Assembly: GCA_963798085.1 (NCBI GenBank)
Contig: CAWCRS010000008.1
Location: 59,058 to 123,057 of the forward strand
Source of the DNA: an uncultured Gemmatimonadales bacterium
Lineage (GTDB): Bacteria; Gemmatimonadota; Gemmatimonadetes; Longimicrobiales; RSA9
Direction of reading: 5' to 3'
Length of the DNA: 64,000 nt
Below, in pieces: positions 58,209-64,000 of the stretch. The notes under the pieces are model-generated. The model did no database searches, was not told the DNA's origin, and worked only from the letters and a program-made list of their open reading frames with translations. Each line of letters begins with the position of its first letter. The first letter of the stretch is position 1. The position numbers and the translations under genes are program-made.

Positions 58209-59412
58209 TCACCGCCCCCGCCGAAGACCCGTCCCCGCGTAGCCGGTCAGCTCGACGTAGCCCCTGCCTGCAATGGGGGCGCCGGCGCGCGTGCCGCGCA
58301 CATCTACGGCGCCCTCCCAGTAGCGCACGGCGAGGTTCAGTTCCTGGTCTGCTGACACGGGTGTTACCTCGAGGTCGAGGCCGAGACCGGGCACGCGCAC
58401 GCGCCACCGGGAAGGATAGCGCGCTCCGTCCAGCGGGCTGATCCAGGTGGCCAGCGGGGTGATCGTTGCGGCTGCGGCATCGAGATGGGTCGTGCCGCCG
58501 CGCGCGTCGACGAACGTGCCGGCGCTGAACGGATCCGTGCTGTCGTCCGAGCGGCGCAGGCGGTACACCATCAGCTCGGTGGAGTCGTTGAGCTGCAGCG
58601 CGAACCAGTCCCAGCCGGCGACGCCGGGTCCCAGGCTGCTGGTGCTCCATTCGCGATCGAACCAGCTGGCGCCCTGGACGCGCGTTTCGCCCGCTGGTGT
58701 ATGCACGGTGCCTTCTGCAGGCAGGCGGGTGAACGAGTAGTAGTAGCTCGCGCTGCCCGGGGCGTCGCTCTTGCGGCTGAGGCCGGCATCGCCGTGCAGA
58801 ACCAGCGGCTTGCCCGCAGTCAGGACGAGATCAATGGCGACACCGCTGTCCGCAGCCTGCACGTGCAGCGGGAAGAATGCGGAATCGGTCGAGCGCATGC
58901 TCCAGTCTTCGAGCCACACGCGGAAGGGCGCCGCTTCCGCGCCGGCCAGTTCCTCCGCGCCGCGCGCGAAGCGCTCGAATGCGTGATAGCGACCGGCCCG
59001 CACATCCGTGAGCGCGAAGTGCGCCATGTACACCTGGCGCGTGGCCCAGCCCGATGCACGCTGCGGCATCGCGGGCGCGAGCGCGCTCCGGAAAATCGTG
59101 AGCTGCCAGCCGAAGCGCGCGCCCGTTTCGCTCTGCAGATTGCCGGTGAGATACCACCACTCGGTGCGGAAATCGGGGTGCGGGCCGTGGTCGCGCGGAA
59201 ATACGAACGGCCGCGGTACAAACGCACGGGCATAACCCGCTGTGTCCTCGCCGCCCACTGCCTGCGCGACGGACAGCGTGGCGCGCACCACGTCGCGCGG
59301 CGAGGCGCCACCCAGCAGGCGCACGGCCAGCGCGCGCGAGCACAAGCACCAGACCACCCGCAGCGAAGCCGCGCCACAATGAGCGCCGGAGCAGGCTCAC
59401 CGGTTGCCGCAC
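58209..59412 (-). CDS. AttH/CrtC-like lipocalin-domain protein (last gene of the ABC operon); possible frameshift near 59332
   Basis: FVFPRDHGPHPDFRTEWWYLTGNL motif. A signal-like N-terminus VSLLRRSLWRGFAAGGLVLVLARA lies in another frame and joins LAVRLLGGASPRDVV. Otherwise the start would be the GTG at 59357. Confidence 0.7.
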
Positions 59413-59439
59413 CGGGCCGCAAGCGCGTAATGCATGCGA

Positions 59440-61980
59440 TTACTCCTCGCGCAGCGCGGCGGCGGGCGGCGTTCCGGCCATGCGCAAGGCGGGATAAATG
59501 CCCGCGAGCAGCGCAGCCAGCAGCGCCAGGCCAACGGCCTGCAGCAGGCCGGTCCCGTCGGCGTGCAGGTTCATCGTCCAGCCGAAGGAGCGACGATTCA
59601 CCACACGGATGAGGAGCCAGGCCATGGCCAGTGCCAGCGGTGCGCCCAGTACGCCCGCGGCCAGGCCCATGAGTCCGGTCTGTGCCGTCACCAGGCCGCG
59701 CAGCTGTCCCGGTGTCAGGCCCGTGGCGCGCAGTACGCCCAGCTCGCGGGTCCGCTCCAGCTGCAGCGCCATCAACGAGGAGAGCACGCCCACGAACGCG
59801 ACCAGCAGCGCCAGCGCGCGCAACACGCGTGTGATCGCGAAGGTCCGATCGAACACATCGAGCGTCACCTGGCGCAGCCCGCGATTGGAGCGCACGAACA
59901 GCTGCTGCACACCGGCCGTGCGCTGCGTGATGGCTGCCGCCACCGCCTCGGCATCCGTGCCGGGCGCGAGGAACACCGCCATCGAGGAAACACCCGCGTC
60001 GCGCCACCACGTGTCATAGGCAGCACGATCCAGGAAGGCCACGCCGAATTCGCTGGAATAGTCCCGGAACACGGCCGCCACCGGAAAACCATGAGGGCCG
60101 CGATCGGTGGCCAGAACCGCCGTGTCGCCTGCACTCAGATGATTGCGCCATGCGAAACTCTCGGACACCAGCAGCGCGCCGCGCGCGAACGCCGGCCACA
60201 CCGCCTGCGCATCGCCCTGCAGGAAGCTGAACGCCGCGCGGTGCCGTGGGAACATGGCAAGGGCCACGAGGTGCAGGTCGCCGGCCGGATAACGCAGCGT
60301 TATCTGGCGGTAGCGGCTCACACCGGCAATGCCGGGCGACGACGCCACCGCCGCCACTGCGCGCGGATCCAGCGTGCCTTCGCCGCGGCCGCTGGTCGCC
60401 GTGGAGACGTAGAGGTCGGCCTGCAGCGTCGTGTCCAGCCAGTGCTCGACACTGCGCCGGAAGCTGCTCACCATGATGGCGACCGCGGCGCCCACCGACA
60501 CGGCCACCATGAGCGCGGCCACGGCCGGACCGGTGCGACTGAGCGCAGCCGTAACGCCACGCACGGCCATGCTGCCCAGCTGCCCGAACAGGCGGGTCGC
60601 GAGCGGGCGCAGCAGGCGCATGAGCAGCATGGTTCCCAGCGGCGCCAGCAGGGCCGCGGCCAGCACGACCGAGAACATGGCGCCGAAGCCCGCACGCAGA
60701 TCGCCGCCCGGCAGCGCAATGAGGATGGCCGCCAGCGCCAGCAGCAGGGCGCCGCCTGCCGCGGCGCGCAGCGCAGTGCGCCGGGCCCGCGACTCGAGCA
60801 GCGAGCGCACCGTGGCGGATCGCGGCGTCGTCGACGTGGCTTCGCGCAGCGGCGGCAGCGTGGCCAGCACGGTGGCGCCCATGCCGAGCAGCACGCCCTT
60901 GAGCAGAGAAACGGGGGCGAGCGAGACGTGCGTGACGCTCACCGCGAAGTACAGGTCATTGATGGTGCGCGCCACCAGCCGCACCAGCGCACTGCCCAGC
61001 GCCGCGCCCAGAACCAGACCGAGCAGCGTCGCCAGCAATCCGATGACCACGGCCTCACCCAGCACCAGCGCGAAGATCTCGCGCCGGGTCACGCCCACGG
61101 CGCGCAGCAGCCCGATCAGCTCGCGCCGCTGCACCACCGCGAAACTCATGGTGTCATAGATCAGCAGCGCGCCAAACACCAGTGTTATCAAGGCGAAAGC
61201 GGAGAGGTTCAGCTCGAACGCTCGGGCCATGCCGAGCGTGCTCTGAGCCCGGGCCGCCGTGGTCACGACTTCCGCGCCCGGTGGCAGCACGGCGCGCACG
61301 CGCTGCAACTGCCGCTCGCCTGCTTCGCCCGCCGCCAGTTCGAGGTCAATGCGGTCCAGGCCGTGGCTGCGTCCGGTCAGCTCCTGCGCCGTCGCAATGT
61401 CCGCGAGCACCAGATCGGCGAGACCCGCACGACTGCGCGCATCGGACGGCCGCAGCACACCGGCCACCCAGGCAGAATGCGTGCGGCCCGCGAACTCGAG
61501 TGTCAGCGAATCACCGGGCGTGAGGCCCAGCGCGCTCGCGGTGGCCGCGGGCAGGAGCAGCGCGCCCGGCCGCGTCAGCATCACCGCGAGATCGGCATCG
61601 CCGGCCGACACGTCCAGGTATCCGCGGAACCTCGCCTCGGCGAACGGGTCGACGCCCAGCAGCTGCGCGCTGCGCACGCCGGCCGCCGCGCGCAGGCGCA
61701 CCGCCGCGTCGACGACCGGCGCGGCGGGCAGGCCGAGATCCACACGCAGCACGCGATCGAGACTGTCCGGCAGGCCGGCCGGTCCCGCCAGCAGCTGGTG
61801 CGTGGTGCGCCCGAACACGGCTTCCGCTGAGAGCGTGAAGGCGCGGCGCGCGCTGGCCGTCGCCAGGTCGACCAATGTGACCACGGCCACACCCAGCGCA
61901 ATGCCGATCACGGCCAGCGCCGCCTGCCAGGGATGACGCAGGTAGTGCCGCAGACCCGCACGGCGCAGCAGCGGACTCAT
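59440..61980 (-). CDS. ABC transporter permease with two FtsX modules (AttF/G-like fusion)
   Basis: An 846-aa intact ORF with two 4-TM FtsX-type modules. Overlaps the ATPase stop by 4 bp. Confidence 0.85.
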   Translation of the reverse strand: MSPLLRRAGLRHYLRHPWQAALAVIGIALGVAVVTLVDLATASARRAFTLSAEAVFGRTTHQLLAGPAGLPDSLDRVLRVDLGLPAAPVVDAAVRLRAAAGVRSAQLLGVDPFAEARFRGYLDVSAGDADLAVMLTRPGALLLPAATASALGLTPGDSLTLEFAGRTHSAWVAGVLRPSDARSRAGLADLVLADIATAQELTGRSHGLDRIDLELAAGEAGERQLQRVRAVLPPGAEVVTTAARAQSTLGMARAFELNLSAFALITLVFGALLIYDTMSFAVVQRRELIGLLRAVGVTRREIFALVLGEAVVIGLLATLLGLVLGAALGSALVRLVARTINDLYFAVSVTHVSLAPVSLLKGVLLGMGATVLATLPPLREATSTTPRSATVRSLLESRARRTALRAAAGGALLLALAAILIALPGGDLRAGFGAMFSVVLAAALLAPLGTMLLMRLLRPLATRLFGQLGSMAVRGVTAALSRTGPAVAALMVAVSVGAAVAIMVSSFRRSVEHWLDTTLQADLYVSTATSGRGEGTLDPRAVAAVASSPGIAGVSRYRQITLRYPAGDLHLVALAMFPRHRAAFSFLQGDAQAVWPAFARGALLVSESFAWRNHLSAGDTAVLATDRGPHGFPVAAVFRDYSSEFGVAFLDRAAYDTWWRDAGVSSMAVFLAPGTDAEAVAAAITQRTAGVQQLFVRSNRGLRQVTLDVFDRTFAITRVLRALALLVAFVGVLSSLMALQLERTRELGVLRATGLTPGQLRGLVTAQTGLMGLAAGVLGAPLALAMAWLLIRVVNRRSFGWTMNLHADGTGLLQAVGLALLAALLAGIYPALRMAGTPPAAALREE

Positions 61981-62678
61981 CGGAGAGCACCGCGCTCGAG
62001 CAGATGGCCGTGCGAGAGCTGCAGCACGCGGTCCGCCCGCTGCACGACACGCTCACTGTGTGTTACCACCAGCAGCGTACGCCCGGCCGCGCGCGTCAGC
62101 GACTCGAGCAGGTCGAGCACGGCTTCCGCATTGTCGTCGTCGAGATTGCCGGTGGGCTCATCCGCCAGCACCAGCACCGGCTCGTGCACCAGCGCACGCG
62201 CAATCGCGACGCGCTGCTGCTCACCACCCGAAAGGCGATCGGGAAACGTGTCCGCCCGGCGCGCCAGCCCGACCCGCTCGAGCAGTGCATGCGCCACGGC
62301 AGGATCCGCGCGGCGACCATTCAGCTCCAGCGGTAACAGCAGATTCTCCGCGACCGTCAGCGTGGGCAGCAGATTGAAGAACTGGAAGATGAATCCCACA
62401 CGGCGCCGCCGGAACAGCGTGCGCGCCCGCTCGTCCAGACGCCCGAGCGAGACGCCGCCCACCACGATCTCCCCCGCGTCCGGCAGATCGATGCCGCCCA
62501 CCAGATTGAGCAGCGTCGACTTGCCCGATCCGCTCGGCCCCAGCAGCACCACGAACTCACCCGCACCCACACACGCGCTTACGCCATCCAGCACCACGTG
62601 CTCCGCGTCGCCCTCGCGGTAGCTCTTGCGTACATCCGTCAGGCGGATCAAGACATCGGTTTCGGCAGCGTTGCGCAT
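61977..62678 (-). CDS. ABC transporter ATP-binding protein (LolD/MacB-ATPase-like)
   Basis: Walker [10 protein letters not shown], signature [13 protein letters not shown], Walker [13 protein letters not shown]. Confidence 0.9.
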   Translation of the reverse strand: MRNAAETDVLIRLTDVRKSYREGDAEHVVLDGVSACVGAGEFVVLLGPSGSGKSTLLNLVGGIDLPDAGEIVVGGVSLGRLDERARTLFRRRRVGFIFQFFNLLPTLTVAENLLLPLELNGRRADPAVAHALLERVGLARRADTFPDRLSGGEQQRVAIARALVHEPVLVLADEPTGNLDDDNAEAVLDLLESLTRAAGRTLLVVTHSERVVQRADRVLQLSHGHLLERGALR

Positions 62679-62729
62679 GGCGCAAGGTAATGCTGGAGCC
62701 GGCGGGCTGCCTGCAGCGGTCTCTCAATA

Positions 62730-62888
62730 GCGTTGCTGGGGCTGGTTGCTCGCGCGGATCCAGCGTTGCTGCACGGGCTGGTCGCTGTGAACTCGACATG
62801 CGCGCTTCAATTGTCCAGCCGCCGAACAATGCGAAGTCCGTTCATCCGTTCCCCAGCAACCAGCGCCAGCAACCAGCCCCAGCAACGC
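62730..62888. repeat. perfect 21-bp inverted repeat (GCGTTGCTGGGGCTGGTTGCT) separated by 117 bp
   Basis: Forward copy at 62730-62750; exact reverse complement AGCAACCAGCCCCAGCAACGC at 62868-62888. Both arms extend with degenerate similarity to the 60-bp unit at 40251-40370. Confidence 0.75.
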
Positions 62889-62963
62889 CGTTGATCCAGC
62901 CGTGTGTGTCGCTCTTTCCCAACCGCAGCCCGTGACCCGGCCCCGGCAACGCGGGGCAACGCG

Positions 62964-63492
62964 CTATTTCCCGACGGACGCCCGCAACTGCCGGGCCTCC
63001 CGGAGATGGGCCTCGAGCACGGGCTCCACCTTCTCGAGCAGCGCTTTGAGCTGCGGATTCTTCGCGCCGGGAACCAGCACCTGTGTCACCGCATCGATCA
63101 CAGCCTGGTGATACGCGACTTCGCGGTCCGCATAGGCGACGTCGAAGGCGGCGCCGCTCAGGGGCTGCAGTCGGGCCCTGGCTTCGGTGGCGCCCTGCTG
63201 CAGCGCCCGGCTGGTGGTGTTGTCGGCCGGGGTCACGTGCAGCGCCTGAACCAGCGTCGTCGCCTGATCGATCACGCTTGCGTGATCCTGAGCCATCATG
63301 CGCGCGAACTGCAACACTGCCTGATTCCGGCTCTTCGACTGCGCCAGCTTCGCCATGTCAATGTCGATCTGGTTCGCGGTCACGGCAATGTGGGCAATCT
63401 CCGCATCAGTGGGTCCCGGCTGCTGAGCCCGGGCCAGCGCGGGCAGGGCCACGCTGACGATGAGACTGAATGCCTGCGATGCTTCGGCTCAT
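62964..63492 (-). CDS. DUF4142-like periplasmic protein; split by an apparent frameshift near 63468
   Basis: ATG at 63492 is preceded by GGAGGA. Junction: MSRSIAGIQS | IVSVALPALARAQQPGPTD (signal peptide restored). The body is DAEIAHIAVTANQIDIDMAKLAQSKS..FARMMAQDH.. Confidence 0.7.
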
Positions 63493-63733
63493 GGTCGTCT
63501 TCCTCCTGGATGCCATCCGGTTTCCGCCGGCGCCACTGGGTCGGGCGCTCCGCGTCGCGGCGGTGCGCGAGGCGAGCCGGCGGCTGGTGTGCGGAGGAGG
63601 GTAGCTCCACAATCGACACTTTGTCAATATCTTTATTGTATAAACTCGCCACGGCCGGACACGTCGCGCAGATTGCACACCGCACATCACCGCCGCCGCA
63701 CCCGACGCAGCGACCCGCGTGGAGGACCAGACA

Positions 63734-64000
63734 ATGGCGAAATGGCACGAGCGCATGGCGGCCGGCACGCGGGGCCGCATCCTGGCGCTGCTGCGCCGCT
63801 CCGATCAGACGATCCCGGAGCTGGCCGAGTCGCTCGGGATCTCCGGGAACGCCGTGCGCGTGCACGTCGCGGCGCTGGAACGCGATGGCCTGCTGCATGC
63901 CGCCACATCGCGCAGTACCGGCGGCAAGCCGGCGCAGGTCTATGCGCTGACGGATGCGGGGGTCGAGTTGTTCCCGCGTGCCTACGCGATCTTCCTTGCC
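63734..64000 (+). CDS. ArsR/winged-helix transcriptional regulator (partial; runs off the window)
   Basis: ATG at 63734 follows GGAGGA. GTRGRILALLRRSDQTIPELAESLGISGNAVRVHVAALERDGLL is an HTH pattern. It is missing from the ORF track because no stop occurs before 64000. Confidence 0.7.
   Translation, partial: MAKWHERMAAGTRGRILALLRRSDQTIPELAESLGISGNAVRVHVAALERDGLLHAATSRSTGGKPAQVYALTDAGVELFPRAYAIFLA

Overview
This is a high-GC (about 68-70% by eye) bacterial chromosomal segment with roughly 50 protein-coding genes. I recognised no rRNA, tRNA or CRISPR array. The gene content suggests a Gemmatimonadota/Acidobacteriota-like soil bacterium (inference only): three full-length orphan duplicated MacB/FtsX ('ADOP'-type) permeases plus the tail of a fourth, CarboxypepD_reg paralogues, an ECF sigma/FecR/TonB-receptor module, two LytTR regulatory modules, several secreted peptidases, a sugar ABC importer, a ClC channel, a CPA1 antiporter, a flotillin/NfeD pair and an attEFGH-like ABC operon. 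Most long antisense ORFs in the track are GC artefacts.

I could not identify a convincing novel multi-gene system. The observations most worth follow-up are:
1. A Y1/HUH (RAYT / IS200-like) transposase fused to an HTH domain. It is bracketed by a perfect 22-bp inverted repeat and sits between two ADOP permease paralogues (45570-46662).
2. A family of about 450-480 bp elements bounded by inverted repeats that share the arm core ATTCTCACACAGTGG (22640-23088 and 57687-58163, with degenerate arms near 12390-12500).
3. A second dispersed repeat family with core GCGTTGCTGGGGCTGGTTGC. It forms a 60-bp tandem array at 40193-40460, a perfect 21-bp inverted pair at 62730/62888, and a weaker copy at 17248-17343.
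4. A membrane-anchored TIR protein with an N-terminal TIR domain, one TM helix and two tandem beta-rich extracytoplasmic repeats (7641-9101).

Caveat: at least ten otherwise intact genes are split by single frame changes, and one GMC oxidoreductase gene carries about a dozen. This looks like indel error in the assembly and/or real decay, so pseudogene calls here are provisional. All alignments were done by eye, with no searches run.
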